From an uncultured Acidobacteriaceae bacterium (GTDB lineage: Bacteria > Acidobacteriota > Terriglobia > Terriglobales > Acidobacteriaceae): a stretch of DNA of 64,000 nt. The stretch lies in contig CAWKKV010000002.1 in assembly GCA_963850375.1 (NCBI GenBank), forward strand, positions 1,059,943 through 1,123,942. Direction: 5' to 3'. Below the pieces are notes generated by a model, which worked only from the letters and a program-made list of their open reading frames with translations, searched no databases and was not told where the DNA came from. A program made the translations under genes and the position numbers. The first letter of the stretch is position 1, and every line of letters begins with the position of its first letter. Shown here piece after piece: positions 24,536-35,274 of the stretch.

Positions 24536-25174
24536 ATGCGAAAAGTTATCTTCTTTCTTCTTCTGTTGCTTCCCCTCTGCCATCCTGCCCTCGCTCAGGA
24601 AGGGCCGCCAGGAGGAGCAGACTATCGGCTGCATGCAGGAGACACGCTGGTGATCAGCTTCCGGCTTAGCCCGGAGCTCAATCAAACTGTCATCATCGAT
24701 CCTGACGGATCCATCAGCCTCGAGGTCATCGGCCGCGTTCAGATTGCCGGACTCACGCTCGAGAAAGCGCGTGAGCTAATCCTGAGCAAAGAGTCCGAGC
24801 ACCTCATCAAGCCGGAGTTGAATCTACAGCTCACCAACTACCAGCATTTCTATGTAGTCGTTGCCGGCGAGGTCTATCTCCCGCAACGCATCGAGATGCG
24901 TGAGGACATGACCGCGCTTCAGGCCATTCTCCTCTCCGGAGGGATCAAAATCTCCGGACGGGAAACCCAGGTCCTGCTCTACCGCAAGGTAAACCAGGAT
25001 TTCGCCGAGGTCCACAAACTGAACCTCCGCATCAAGAAGACCGTGGAGCTGAAAAACGACATGAAGCTCGTGCCCGGTGACCTCCTTCTCGTGCCTCGGA
25101 ACAAGGTGGAAAGTGTCTCGCGCTACGTCCGAATCATCGGCCTGAGTTACAACTTCCAACCCCAGGCTTACTAG
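24536..25174 (+). CDS. Polysaccharide biosynthesis/export (Wza/OPX-like) protein
   Basis: YRLHAGDTL, IDPDGSISLEVIGRVQIAGLT PES motif, SLBB domain GEV..P. Confidence 0.88.
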   Translation: MRKVIFFLLLLLPLCHPALAQEGPPGGADYRLHAGDTLVISFRLSPELNQTVIIDPDGSISLEVIGRVQIAGLTLEKARELILSKESEHLIKPELNLQLTNYQHFYVVVAGEVYLPQRIEMREDMTALQAILLSGGIKISGRETQVLLYRKVNQDFAEVHKLNLRIKKTVELKNDMKLVPGDLLLVPRNKVESVSRYVRIIGLSYNFQPQAY

Positions 25175-25194
25175 GCTTCACCGATCGCCAGACC

Positions 25195-25230
25195 CCCTCG
25201 AGCCCGGTACTCTTTCCGGCAGCTCGAGGG
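25195..25230 (+). other. Intra-operon stem-loop between the Wza-like gene and the flippase
   Basis: ccctcgagc...gctcgaggg outer stem with inner ccgg pairing; no U tract. Confidence 0.45.
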
Positions 25231-25248
25231 AGGTCCAGAGGAAGATTC

Positions 25249-26616
25249 ATGCAGACCGCGAGCTCTTCAACGGACATACCTGCTGAGAGCATCGAGAAGA
25301 CAGCAGGTCCGTCGGGTCGTGGCGTTCTTGCTGTCGGTCAGACGCTTGCCTCGCGCATCCTCATGCAGGCAATCAACGCAGGAACCGGCGTTCTCACCGC
25401 GCGTGTTCTTATGCCGAGCGGACGCGGTGAACTCGCGGCCATCACTCTGTGGTCCCAGTTCCTCGCCGGTCTCGTTACCTTTGGACTGCCAAGTGCCTTG
25501 ATCTATCACATCCGGCGCAATGTCGATGGCGCAAAGGATCTGCTCATCAATGGTCTCGTAATGAGCACCATCTTTTCCATCGGAGCCGCCATCGTCGGCG
25601 CCGTGCTGATGCCCAAACTGCTCCATCAATACCCGCTCTGGGCAATCCGCTCCGCACAGTGGTTCCTCCTCATCACTCCTCTCAGCAGCACGGCCGTTAT
25701 CCTGCGCGGAGCGCTTGAAGCCAGCGGGAAGTTCACGACCTCGAACCTGGCCCAGCTCCTCAATCCATCCGTCACCCTCGGCATTCTGCTCCTTCTGCTC
25801 GCCGTTCACCGCTTCAACACCTTTACCGCCTCGCTCGCGTACATACTCGCCGCCTTCCCGGTCTTCTTCCTCCTGCTGTGGAAGGCACGCGACCTCCTGA
25901 GCAGGGATGTTCTCCCAGGAGTGCAGACCTCCAAGTTGCTCCTCAGCTATGGTCTCCGCTCCTATGGCATCGATCTGCTCGGCACGCTTGCACTTCAGGT
26001 TGATCAGGTCCTGGTGGTCAGCATCTTGAGGCCGCGCGATCTGGGTGTGTACGTCGTCATGCTCAGTCTTTCGCGGATCCTCAACGTCTTCCAGTCCTCC
26101 GTCGTGATGGTCCTGTTCCCCAGGTCCGCCGGCCGCACGTTGGAGGAAGTCGTCGCCCTCACTGGGCGCGCTGCCCGGGTCAGCACACTCATCACCGGTC
26201 TCTGTGCGGCCATGGTCGCGATCGCCGGTCCATGGCTCCTTCGTCTCTTCTATGGACAGCAGTACGCTCAAGAGATCCTCTCGCTGCGACTGCTCCTCAT
26301 CGAGGTGACACTCTCCGGTTGCGTCTTCGTACTCGCTCAAGCCTTTATGGCTCTAGGCCGGCCCGGCACAGTCACACTCCTGCAGGCAATCGGCCTTGGC
26401 CTCAGCGTTCCACTCATGTTGTGGCTCATCCCGCGTTGGGGCATCCGAGGCGCCGCGGCCTCTCTTCTGCTGTCCACCGGCGCCCGGTTCATCTTTATGT
26501 ACTCTTCTTTCCGCTGGATCCTCCGCAGTCCGCTGCCTCCACTTACACCGAAACGGGAGGACTGGCTGCTCCTGCGAAATGCAATCAATCGTCTTCGGCG
26601 CACGGAGGCCGCATGA
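25249..26616 (+). CDS. Oligosaccharide flippase (Wzx family)
   Basis: About 12 TM segments, ARVLMPSGRG, QVDQVLV..LGVY, LIPRWGIRGAA; EPS context. Confidence 0.88.
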   Translation: MQTASSSTDIPAESIEKTAGPSGRGVLAVGQTLASRILMQAINAGTGVLTARVLMPSGRGELAAITLWSQFLAGLVTFGLPSALIYHIRRNVDGAKDLLINGLVMSTIFSIGAAIVGAVLMPKLLHQYPLWAIRSAQWFLLITPLSSTAVILRGALEASGKFTTSNLAQLLNPSVTLGILLLLLAVHRFNTFTASLAYILAAFPVFFLLLWKARDLLSRDVLPGVQTSKLLLSYGLRSYGIDLLGTLALQVDQVLVVSILRPRDLGVYVVMLSLSRILNVFQSSVVMVLFPRSAGRTLEEVVALTGRAARVSTLITGLCAAMVAIAGPWLLRLFYGQQYAQEILSLRLLLIEVTLSGCVFVLAQAFMALGRPGTVTLLQAIGLGLSVPLMLWLIPRWGIRGAAASLLLSTGARFIFMYSSFRWILRSPLPPLTPKREDWLLLRNAINRLRRTEAA

Positions 26617-28067
26617 ACGGCGATCAGCCAACATCTCCGAGCCTGAAGCGCTCGCGCTACGCTCTCCTCGCCTTCACTCTCATCACAATCGCCGGTGTCG
26701 CCTCTCCGGCCGCACGGTTGATGCCGCTCGTCTTCCCCGCTCTCAGCTTCGGCCTGGCCCTCTACCTCCATAAGCGCTTCCCCCGTTACTACGTCTCACT
26801 CGTCTGCTGGCTCTTCTTCCTCACGCCCCTCGTCCGAAGGCTCATCGAGTTCCGCACCGGCTCGTCCGGCGCCGCGACCGTGATGGTCGCGCCTTTCCTC
26901 GCCTGCATCGCAGGCATCGCCGTCTTCCGCGACCACTGGTTCCGCATCATCGACAGCCGGCTCAGGTCGTGGATGCTGGTGCTCGGCGCCATCGCATACG
27001 CCATGGTCGTCGGTACCCTGCTCAACCCGGTCGTCGGGGTGCTTCAGGACGCCTTCGGCTGGCTCTCACCCCTTTGCTTCGCCCTCTATCTCTACTCCGA
27101 ACGCGAACACTTCGCCGAGATCTTCCGTGGCGTGCAGACCAGCTTCATCTACGGCGTCGGTCTGATGTCGGTCTATGGGCTCTATCAATTCTTCATCCTC
27201 GCGCCATGGGACGCCGCCTGGATGGAAAACTCCGGACTCACCTCCATCGGACTTCCACAGCCGATGCAGGTACGACTCTTCTCCACGATGAACACGCCAC
27301 AGCCCTTTGCCGACTACCTCATCGTCGGCATCCTCCTCAGCTTCGTCTCCAAACGCTGGCTTCGCTTCCTGATCATCCCCCTCGCGCTTGTTTCGCTCGG
27401 CCTCACGATGAGCCGCTCAGGCTGGATGGCTGCTGTCGTCGGTCTCATCTTCCTCAGCCTCGTATCCACGGCTCGGCAACGCATGCAGTTAGCCGTCGGC
27501 GTGTTCGTCTGCATCGTAGGGCTGGCCGCGGCAACGCAGATCCCGGAGATCAGCGACATTCTCAGCAGGCGACTCCAATCCCTCAGCAACCTCCAGACGG
27601 ACGGAAGCTACAACGACCGCGTCGCAAGCCAGAACCAGGCCATCAACCTCTTTCAGTCGTCACCCTTCGGCATCGGCCTCGGAGCCGATGCCCGGTCCAA
27701 GGGGGAAGGCCCAAGCTTCGGCGTTCCCCAGCCCACAGGCGTTGCGCTCGGCGACAACGGTATCGAAGAGATCATGCTTACCTTCGGCTGGTTCGGAAGC
27801 GCCGTCTTCATTTTCGGCCTCGGCGGAGCCGTCATCCTCTGCTTCCAAAGCGTCAAGTCCGCTGAGCTGGTACCGATGAAGGCGATCCTCGCTGCCCTCC
27901 TGCTGCAGATCCCCATCCTGGGTATCTTCCCCGGCGCCTCCGGCTTCCTCCTTTGGTCGTCGATCGGCCTCTGCACGGCTTGGCGGTGGAGCTCGGCCGC
28001 GGCTCTCTCAGAGCAGGTGGCCAGCCTGGTCCATAGCTCGCCCTCGCTCCCACAAGAGGCATCGTGA
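26613..28067 (+). CDS. O-antigen ligase/polymerase (Wzy-like)
   Basis: Multi-TM, RLFSTMNTP, LTMSRSGW, SPFGIGLG; ATGA overlap with the flippase stop. Confidence 0.8.
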   Translation: MNGDQPTSPSLKRSRYALLAFTLITIAGVASPAARLMPLVFPALSFGLALYLHKRFPRYYVSLVCWLFFLTPLVRRLIEFRTGSSGAATVMVAPFLACIAGIAVFRDHWFRIIDSRLRSWMLVLGAIAYAMVVGTLLNPVVGVLQDAFGWLSPLCFALYLYSEREHFAEIFRGVQTSFIYGVGLMSVYGLYQFFILAPWDAAWMENSGLTSIGLPQPMQVRLFSTMNTPQPFADYLIVGILLSFVSKRWLRFLIIPLALVSLGLTMSRSGWMAAVVGLIFLSLVSTARQRMQLAVGVFVCIVGLAAATQIPEISDILSRRLQSLSNLQTDGSYNDRVASQNQAINLFQSSPFGIGLGADARSKGEGPSFGVPQPTGVALGDNGIEEIMLTFGWFGSAVFIFGLGGAVILCFQSVKSAELVPMKAILAALLLQIPILGIFPGASGFLLWSSIGLCTAWRWSSAAALSEQVASLVHSSPSLPQEAS

Positions 28068-29134
28068 CCCGCGATCGGCCTATACGGGTCCTCCACCTCG
28101 CCAACAGCCTCTCGGATCGCGGCAACGGAATTGTCAACGTAGCGGTCGACCTCGCCATCGAGCAGGCCACCCGCGGTCACGTCGTGGCGTTCGCCTCCGG
28201 CGGTGGCGGCTATGCACCCATGCTGGAGGCGGCCGGCGTCCAATGCTCCCTCGCTCCGCAGGTTGGCGCCGCCAGTGCCCTGCGCAACAGCATCGCGCTC
28301 CTCAAGCTCCTGCGCCGCTTCCGTCCCGACATCATCCACACCCACATGCGCAACGGGTTCGTCCTCGTGCTGCCTTGGGCTCGAATCCTGCGCAAGCCCG
28401 TGGTCATGCACGTCCACAACATCCACGACCGGGACTACGGTCTCACGCGGCGGCCGGAACGTGTCATCGCCGTCAGCCAATCCGTTCGCGACACATTGGT
28501 CCGCCAGGGGACGCCCGCAGGCCGCGTACGCGTAGTGCTCAACGGAACCCTGGGCTCGCACCGCCAGAAAACGGACCATCGCTCCGTCCCACTCATCCGT
28601 CCCGCCATCGTCACCGTCGCTGGCATGATGCATCGCAAGGGCATTGCCGAGCTCATCGCCGCCTTCGACAGCATCGCCCCCAAGCACCCCTCCACCCACC
28701 TGTATCTCGTCGGCGCCGGAAGCGAGCTCGAGAACTTTATGGCGCAGGCAGGCCAGTCCCTCACAAACAATCGCATCCACTTCGAGGGCTTCCAGGCCGA
28801 CCCGCGACCCTACCTCCGATCCGCCGACCTCTTCGTCTTAGCCTCGCGACGAGAGTCCTTCGGCCTGGCCATCATCGAAGCCCGGGAAGCGGGTTGCGCG
28901 ATCATCGCAAGCGACATAGATGGCATCCCGGAGCTCCTGGAAGGAGGCCGTTGCGGAGTTCTCACCCCTCCCAACAACAGCCAGGCGCTCGCCAGGCAGA
29001 TCGATCGCCTGCTCGATGATGCCCACCTCCGTCACGAGCTCGGCCGTGCAGCGCAATCCGGGCTCGAGCGATTCACCGTCTCCAAGATGACCGACGACGT
29101 CCTGTCCGTCTACGCTGAAGTGCTGCGCCGCTAA
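28064..29134 (+). CDS. Glycosyltransferase family 4
   Basis: PDIIHTH, ESFGLAIIEA; GTGA overlap. Confidence 0.92.
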   Translation: MTRDRPIRVLHLANSLSDRGNGIVNVAVDLAIEQATRGHVVAFASGGGGYAPMLEAAGVQCSLAPQVGAASALRNSIALLKLLRRFRPDIIHTHMRNGFVLVLPWARILRKPVVMHVHNIHDRDYGLTRRPERVIAVSQSVRDTLVRQGTPAGRVRVVLNGTLGSHRQKTDHRSVPLIRPAIVTVAGMMHRKGIAELIAAFDSIAPKHPSTHLYLVGAGSELENFMAQAGQSLTNNRIHFEGFQADPRPYLRSADLFVLASRRESFGLAIIEAREAGCAIIASDIDGIPELLEGGRCGVLTPPNNSQALARQIDRLLDDAHLRHELGRAAQSGLERFTVSKMTDDVLSVYAEVLRR

Positions 29135-29161
29135 GCCGCGCATCCTGCCACCCAGCAAGGC

Positions 29162-31192
29162 TCAGCGCAGCTTGTCCTGCGGCTGCCAGACCAGCGCTGG
29201 CACGTCTCGGCGGAAGACGGCGGTCGCCTCATTCGCCACAAACGGCTTCGTCGGTAGCGCAGCCTCGGGCGCCGCTCCGCTCCAGCTGTTGCGCAGGGCA
29301 AAGTCGTTCTCCCGCCGGTTGCGAAACAGGTTCGGCTCCACGCGAGCCGTGGTCTCGACATTCTGCAGCCACCACGCAATGTCGTGAAACGTCGAGACAC
29401 CCTTCTGCCCGGCGCCGTAGTTGAACTGCCGCGTCACACTCGGGTCGACCGAATAAAGATTGTTCTCGAACACCATACCCGGCAGCGCCTCCTGCCGAAG
29501 GTACAGCGTCAGCCCACCGTTCTGCGCATTCTGGCTCGAATCGAAGACGTTGTGATGGACGTTCCAGTGATCGCACCCCTTCTCCAGCGTGGCCTCCGCC
29601 GCCCACACCGCGGTAATGGTGTTATAGGCCAGCGTCCCCCCAGGCGCGCCCCCATTACAGTCGAATCCGTTGAAGGCATTTCCCTTAGGAGAGATGCTGA
29701 TGTGATGAATTAGGTTATGAGTCACCGTCGCGCCCGAAGTGTTGCCGCCCGTCTGTATCCCATACCCGTACGAATACTGCATCGTGTTGCTGTCGATCAC
29801 GGGCCTCTCGCAGCCCGACACGCGCAGGTTCCCCCAGCTATTTGTGAAAAGATTCCCCTCTACCCTCGGGCTCAGGCATCGTGGTCCACGATCCGTAAAT
29901 ACCGAAATACCCATAGCTCCGCCACTCGCCACATAGTTGTTCCGGACCACCGCGGCCTCAGTACCCGTAACGGAGATCCCGCTCCGAAGAAAGCTCGACA
30001 TTCCTTCGTTATCGATCGCACCCACCGCGTTGCCCTCGATCTTCCAGCCCCGCAGGGCCAGGTCGGTCGGCTTCGGAGAGGCCGCGACGTAGATGTCACC
30101 CTCGCCGGCCATGTTGGTTCCTGGCAACACGTCAATCATCACGTCACCGGAGTTCCAGATCACGCTGTTCTGAATCGTGTTGTACTCGTTCGTCAGATAG
30201 CTTCCGCCACCGTTGGACGCAAATACGCTGGCAACAATCCCCGACTTCCCCGCGTGGATCACACGCAGACCATCGACCCTGATGTGATTGAGCCCTTGCA
30301 GCTCAAGCCCGTACCGCCGCCGGCTGACCTGCATCGCATGTCGAGCCGGATCACCGCCGTCAGCAAGATGAACGAACAGTAGGCCCTGCCTGCTATCCAG
30401 GTACCAGCTCCCCGGTGTACGTGCTACCCCGACCTGCCCTGAGATCTGCTGCTCCGGCTGGAGATCGGGGATGTGAAACCACGCCGCCGGCGGAACCTGC
30501 TTCGACGGCGCCACATCCGTCATCGCCTCGTACGTCCGCCCCTCAAAGGTCATCGAATCCCACATCGCAAACGACCCGGCATAGCTCCACGCACCGACAA
30601 AGTTCGTCTTCGCCAGCAGCGCCGTCGTTTGGTGATCGTCTCCATCGACAAACACCTTGTACACAGCGCCCTTCGCTACTGTCTTGAACACGCCACCGCC
30701 CACACTCGTCCAGCCTGTTACCGTATCCGCACCATCGATGGTCGGCAGGTCTCCTTCGCCATAGCTCGAGATCACGATCGGACGTTCTTCGCTGCCGGAG
30801 TTCGGGGTCGCTCCCGAAACGTTGGTATTCGAAATCCGCAACTCCTCGCGCCATCGCTGGCCACGCCTCAAAAGAATCGCATCACCCGGTCGAAAACCAC
30901 GCTCGTCGGCGAACCGCGTCACTCTCGCGAGGTGCTGCCACGGCCTTTGGGCAGAGATCCCACTTGCAGCATCCGAGCCCTTTTCCATATCCACGTAGTA
31001 CCTTTCCGCGAACGCTGCGGACCCGTACCCCAGAAAAAGGAAGAGGCTCGCAAAGAAAAGCGTCAGTGAAGAACCCCACCCTCGATTCCATCCTCTTCTC
31101 TCGGTGCCCACGCGCGGGCGCCTCGGCGAAACGTCTCCACTGTCAACATGCGTCGGCTCGTTCAGGATCGTCAACGTACTCCAATCGCCCAC
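29162..31192 (-). CDS. Secreted right-handed beta-helix protein, paralog of 17596..19647
   Basis: YYVDMEKGSDAASG..PWQHL, PGSWY..VHLADG, GIQTGGN and NGFDCNG shared with the 17596 ORF. Confidence 0.8.
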   Translation of the reverse strand: MGDWSTLTILNEPTHVDSGDVSPRRPRVGTERRGWNRGWGSSLTLFFASLFLFLGYGSAAFAERYYVDMEKGSDAASGISAQRPWQHLARVTRFADERGFRPGDAILLRRGQRWREELRISNTNVSGATPNSGSEERPIVISSYGEGDLPTIDGADTVTGWTSVGGGVFKTVAKGAVYKVFVDGDDHQTTALLAKTNFVGAWSYAGSFAMWDSMTFEGRTYEAMTDVAPSKQVPPAAWFHIPDLQPEQQISGQVGVARTPGSWYLDSRQGLLFVHLADGGDPARHAMQVSRRRYGLELQGLNHIRVDGLRVIHAGKSGIVASVFASNGGGSYLTNEYNTIQNSVIWNSGDVMIDVLPGTNMAGEGDIYVAASPKPTDLALRGWKIEGNAVGAIDNEGMSSFLRSGISVTGTEAAVVRNNYVASGGAMGISVFTDRGPRCLSPRVEGNLFTNSWGNLRVSGCERPVIDSNTMQYSYGYGIQTGGNTSGATVTHNLIHHISISPKGNAFNGFDCNGGAPGGTLAYNTITAVWAAEATLEKGCDHWNVHHNVFDSSQNAQNGGLTLYLRQEALPGMVFENNLYSVDPSVTRQFNYGAGQKGVSTFHDIAWWLQNVETTARVEPNLFRNRRENDFALRNSWSGAAPEAALPTKPFVANEATAVFRRDVPALVWQPQDKLR

Positions 31193-31399
31193 AGTGCCCG
31201 TGACTCGGGCACGCTGATCTGCGGAAAGATGTCGGAAGAGGGAAGCTCTCTAACGTAACTCCCGTCCATGTTTAGCAGGCGATATCTCGCCCTTGACGTG
31301 TATTCTATAGACACAGAGAGAAATCCAGCTGAACTTCCAGACCCGCCGACTTCGGTGGCGTTTGAAACGCATGCACCCAAAGGCACGGCAAGGATCAGG

Positions 31400-32569
31400 A
31401 TGCTTCGGATCGCCTTGTTTCACGATAATTTCGCGCAGATGGGCGGAGCGGAGCGCGTCGCCGAAGCTCTCTACCAGGCTCTGCCAAACGCCCAGATGCA
31501 CTCCACACTCCTTGTCGAAGAGCGGCTCTCCCCAGCTCTCCGTTCCGCCGGGACGCGCACCACGTGGATGCAGCGGCTGCCCGCGAAAGCTAAACTCTTT
31601 CGCCACTATTTCCTCCTTTATCCAATTGCGGTGGAGCTCGCTGATCTGCGCGGCTATGACCTCGTCGTCACAAGCTGCTTCGGCTTCGCAAAGGGCGTCC
31701 GCCGTGACAAAAACGCAGTGCACGTCTGCTACTGTCACACACCCATGCGCTGGGTCTGGCGCTCAGAGGACTACTTCGCCAAGGAAAAGGTAGGAACACT
31801 GAAAAAGGTCTTTCTCAATCTCGCACTCCGGCCCCTTCGCTGGTGGGAGATCCGGGCCGCGGCTCGCCCTGACTTTTACATCGCAAACTCACACGTCGTA
31901 GCAGACCGCCTCAAAACGGCACTCGGCGTAGATTCCGTCGTCATTCCGCCGCCCATCGAAACCAGTCGCTTCCATGCCAGCGACACTGTTGACGATTACT
32001 TCCTCATCCTGTCGCGCCTGGTGCCCTATAAGCGTCTCGACCTCGCTGTCCGTGCCGCGACCGAGCTCTCCCTTCCACTCAAAGTGATCGGGGGCGGCCC
32101 TGATCTGGCCCGTCTCCAAAGCCTCGCCGGACCCACGGTCGAGTTCCTCGGAAGACAATCCGATGAGGCCGTGAGCGAACTCGTCAGCCGCTGCCAGGCA
32201 CTTCTCTTTCCGGGAGAAGAAGACTTCGGAATGGCTCCGCTCGAGGTCAACGCCGCCGGTCGCCCCGTCATCGCTTACTTCGGTGGGGGAGCAATGGAGA
32301 CCGTCGTCGAGAACGTAACCGGCATCTTCTTCCGCGAACCTACCGTCGACTCCCTCAAAGAAGCGATTGAGCGATTCAAGCTTCTTCAGTGGAACTCCGC
32401 CGCCATCCAGGCGCACGCACGCACCTATGACACGGCCAACTTCCAACACAGGATCCGTGCCTTCCTCGCCGAGGTCACAGGCTCTCGGCTGCCGGCACTT
32501 GCCGGCCCTGAGCCGCCAGACTTCCATGTCCAATCGCTCCATGGCAGCGTCCTGTCCTCCGCGGACTAG
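31400..32569 (+). CDS. Glycosyltransferase family 4
   Basis: MLRIALFHD, GGAERV, SRLVPYKRLD, EDFGMAPLE. Confidence 0.92.
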   Translation: MLRIALFHDNFAQMGGAERVAEALYQALPNAQMHSTLLVEERLSPALRSAGTRTTWMQRLPAKAKLFRHYFLLYPIAVELADLRGYDLVVTSCFGFAKGVRRDKNAVHVCYCHTPMRWVWRSEDYFAKEKVGTLKKVFLNLALRPLRWWEIRAAARPDFYIANSHVVADRLKTALGVDSVVIPPPIETSRFHASDTVDDYFLILSRLVPYKRLDLAVRAATELSLPLKVIGGGPDLARLQSLAGPTVEFLGRQSDEAVSELVSRCQALLFPGEEDFGMAPLEVNAAGRPVIAYFGGGAMETVVENVTGIFFREPTVDSLKEAIERFKLLQWNSAAIQAHARTYDTANFQHRIRAFLAEVTGSRLPALAGPEPPDFHVQSLHGSVLSSAD

Positions 32570-32596
32570 CGCCCTCACGATGCTGTCGATCTCTCT

Positions 32597-33823
32597 ATGA
32601 GCAACGAAAAGAAGAAACATCCAGTGCGGGTCCTGCTCTTTGACCACACGGCCGAGCTGGGTGGCGGAGAGATCGCCCTCGCCGATCTGGTGAAGCGCTT
32701 CGATCGCGAGCGAGTGAACCCGATCGTTGTGCTCGCATCCCATGGTCCGCTCGAAGACCTCCTTCGCGATCACGTGCCGGTTCATATCCTGCCCATGGCT
32801 GCCGGTGTGGTTCACGCCCGAAGAGACTCCCTCGGCGTAGCCAGCCTCGGTCAGATCTCTGCCGTAAGGGACGCGATCAGTTACATAAGGCGCCTGGGAG
32901 AATTCATCGAGCAGCATGAGATCGAGATCATCCACACCAACTCGCTCAAGGCCTCCGTGCTCGGCGGAATCGCCGGCCGGCTCAAGCGCCGCAAAGTCGT
33001 CTGGCACCTTCGCGATCGCATCGCTGACGACTACCTCCCCGCAAAGGTCGTCACCGTCATGCGGCAGCTTGCCCGGATCCTTCCTCACCTTGTCATCGGG
33101 AACTCGCGTGCCACCCTCGAAACACTGCACCTCTCGCGAACGCCAACAGCGATCGTGCCGTCTGGCGTAGACCTCGCCAAGTTCTTCGTCCCCGAACCCT
33201 TTGACGGATCCTCATCCGGCGCCGCTCCCCGGCACAGCACGATCGGAATCGTTGGCCGAATCTGTCCTTGGAAAGGGCAACACATCTTCATCGAGGCCGC
33301 TGCAAAGGTCCATCGCGCCTGGCCCGGCGCCCGCTTCCAGATCATCGGTGCTGCCCTCTTCGGGGAACACGACTACGACCTCGAGCTCCATCGCCTGGTC
33401 GAGAACGCCGGGCTCACAGAGGTCGTCGAGTTCCTCGGGTTCCAGAAGAACGTCGCTCCGTTGATCCGATCCCTCGACATCCTCGTCCATGCGTCGGTCG
33501 TCGGAGAGCCCTTCGGTCAGGTCATCGTGCAGGGCATGGCCTCCGGGAAACCAGTCATCGCCACAAACGGCGGCGGCGTGCCCGAAACAGTACTCGACGG
33601 AGATACCGGAATCCTCGTGCCTATGGGCGACTCCGACGCGATGGCCAAAGCGCTGTGTGCGCTTCTCGCCGATCCCGCCGCGGCCCGCCGCATGGGTGAG
33701 CGTGCGAGGCAGCGTGTGCTCGATCACTTCACCATCGAGCAGACCGCCCAAAAGGTAACGGGCGTCTACGAGCGTGTGCTCGCCCGAGACGCCGCGCAGA
33801 CTGAAATCAACGGCTCAGTCTAG
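32597..33823 (+). CDS. Glycosyltransferase family 4
   Basis: GRICPWKGQH, EPFGQVIVQGMASG. Confidence 0.92.
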   Translation: MSNEKKKHPVRVLLFDHTAELGGGEIALADLVKRFDRERVNPIVVLASHGPLEDLLRDHVPVHILPMAAGVVHARRDSLGVASLGQISAVRDAISYIRRLGEFIEQHEIEIIHTNSLKASVLGGIAGRLKRRKVVWHLRDRIADDYLPAKVVTVMRQLARILPHLVIGNSRATLETLHLSRTPTAIVPSGVDLAKFFVPEPFDGSSSGAAPRHSTIGIVGRICPWKGQHIFIEAAAKVHRAWPGARFQIIGAALFGEHDYDLELHRLVENAGLTEVVEFLGFQKNVAPLIRSLDILVHASVVGEPFGQVIVQGMASGKPVIATNGGGVPETVLDGDTGILVPMGDSDAMAKALCALLADPAAARRMGERARQRVLDHFTIEQTAQKVTGVYERVLARDAAQTEINGSV

Positions 33824-35274
33824 ATCCCCTTCATCGCGAAGAACGCAGTGTGGACCAGGATCGCGAGATCGAAGAAGAAGTTCTTCTGCTCCAGGTAGTA
33901 AAGGTCATACTCGATCCGCTCGTGAATCGCAAACTTACGATCCGCGCTCAGCTGCCAGAACCCCGTCATGCCCTGCGGCACCAGCAACCGCTGATGTTCC
34001 AGGCGCGTGTAATCGCGGACGATAAAAGGCATCTCCGGCCTTGGCCCAACCAGCGACATGTCTCCCTTGAATACGTTGAGCAGCTGCGGAAGCTCGTCCA
34101 GACTTGTCTTCCGTAGGAACCGGCCTGCCTTGGTCACACGCGGGTCGGAGGAGTCCTCAGGCGAAACGCCGTATTGCGGAGCTGTCACATACATGCTCCG
34201 GAACTTCAGGATCTCGAACTGCCGGCCCTTCTTCGCAATGCGCTTCTGCCGGAAAAACACCGGACCCGGCGACGATCGCTTGATCCATACAGCAATCACG
34301 GCCCACAGCGGCGCCGTGGCCAGAAGCAGCAGGCCAGAGACCAGGATGTCGAACGCGCGCTTCGACAGGCTGTACAGCGGATCCGACTTCTCTTCCACAG
34401 TCGACGAAGAGACATGGAGACCGTCCAGGAATCGAACACCTCCAGGCCCGGCTCCACCTGGATGGTGCTTCGATCCGATAAACGAGATCGGGATCTGGTG
34501 TTCCAGGCCCAGCGAAACCAGCTCTCCCACTCTCCGATCTGTAATGAAAGGATCGGCCACGTAGATCTCGCTCGCCTCAAGCCTCGTCAACAGCTCGTGC
34601 GTCACCTGCTCGGAGAACACGGGAGCCGACTCGCGAAAGTGGTAGTCGTGACCGTATATCACCGAGTCCACAGACGGCTGATCCTCGACAATAAACGCGA
34701 TGGGTTGCAGCCCAAGATCCGGCGACTTCGACAGAATCGAAAAGATCCGTCGCGCCTCCGCCCCGGCCCCCAGTATGACCACCTTACGCTTCGACACGGT
34801 GCGGCTCTTCCACCGCATAATCACCTCACGCGTCATATGCTGCTGCAGCAGCAGGATCCCCGTCGTAAACACCCACCCAAGAAGCAGCATCAGGCGCGGT
34901 ACGACCATGTGGTGGAGAAAGATCGTCATCGTGATCAGGGCCAGGCAGATCGTACTCACCCGCAACGACTCGGCCGTCGCCCGGATCTCAAGCAGGCTGT
35001 GCGCATGCTGATACACCTTTCGGGCATACGCGAAAAAGCAGAAGATCACCGTGTACTCCATCGCGAACGCCACAATGGACACATACGGCCGATGGAAGTC
35101 GCCCTGGCCAAAGCGCTCGTAAAACAAGATGCCGAGCAGCACCCCTAACTGGATGGAAAGGGCATCCAGCAAAACCGAGTAGCCAAAACAGCAAAGACGC
35201 CCCATCGTGCCGTGTGGCGTCTCCCGGACGTACATAAGCGAGGAATAAACAGGCGTCTTCTCAATATTTTCCAT
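33820..35274 (-). CDS. Priming sugar transferase (polyprenyl-phosphate glycosylphosphotransferase, WcaJ/WbaP type)
   Basis: KRAFDI, KFRSM, DPRVT, RKTSLDELPQL, MSLVGPRP. Confidence 0.93.
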   Translation of the reverse strand: MENIEKTPVYSSLMYVRETPHGTMGRLCCFGYSVLLDALSIQLGVLLGILFYERFGQGDFHRPYVSIVAFAMEYTVIFCFFAYARKVYQHAHSLLEIRATAESLRVSTICLALITMTIFLHHMVVPRLMLLLGWVFTTGILLLQQHMTREVIMRWKSRTVSKRKVVILGAGAEARRIFSILSKSPDLGLQPIAFIVEDQPSVDSVIYGHDYHFRESAPVFSEQVTHELLTRLEASEIYVADPFITDRRVGELVSLGLEHQIPISFIGSKHHPGGAGPGGVRFLDGLHVSSSTVEEKSDPLYSLSKRAFDILVSGLLLLATAPLWAVIAVWIKRSSPGPVFFRQKRIAKKGRQFEILKFRSMYVTAPQYGVSPEDSSDPRVTKAGRFLRKTSLDELPQLLNVFKGDMSLVGPRPEMPFIVRDYTRLEHQRLLVPQGMTGFWQLSADRKFAIHERIEYDLYYLEQKNFFFDLAILVHTAFFAMKGI

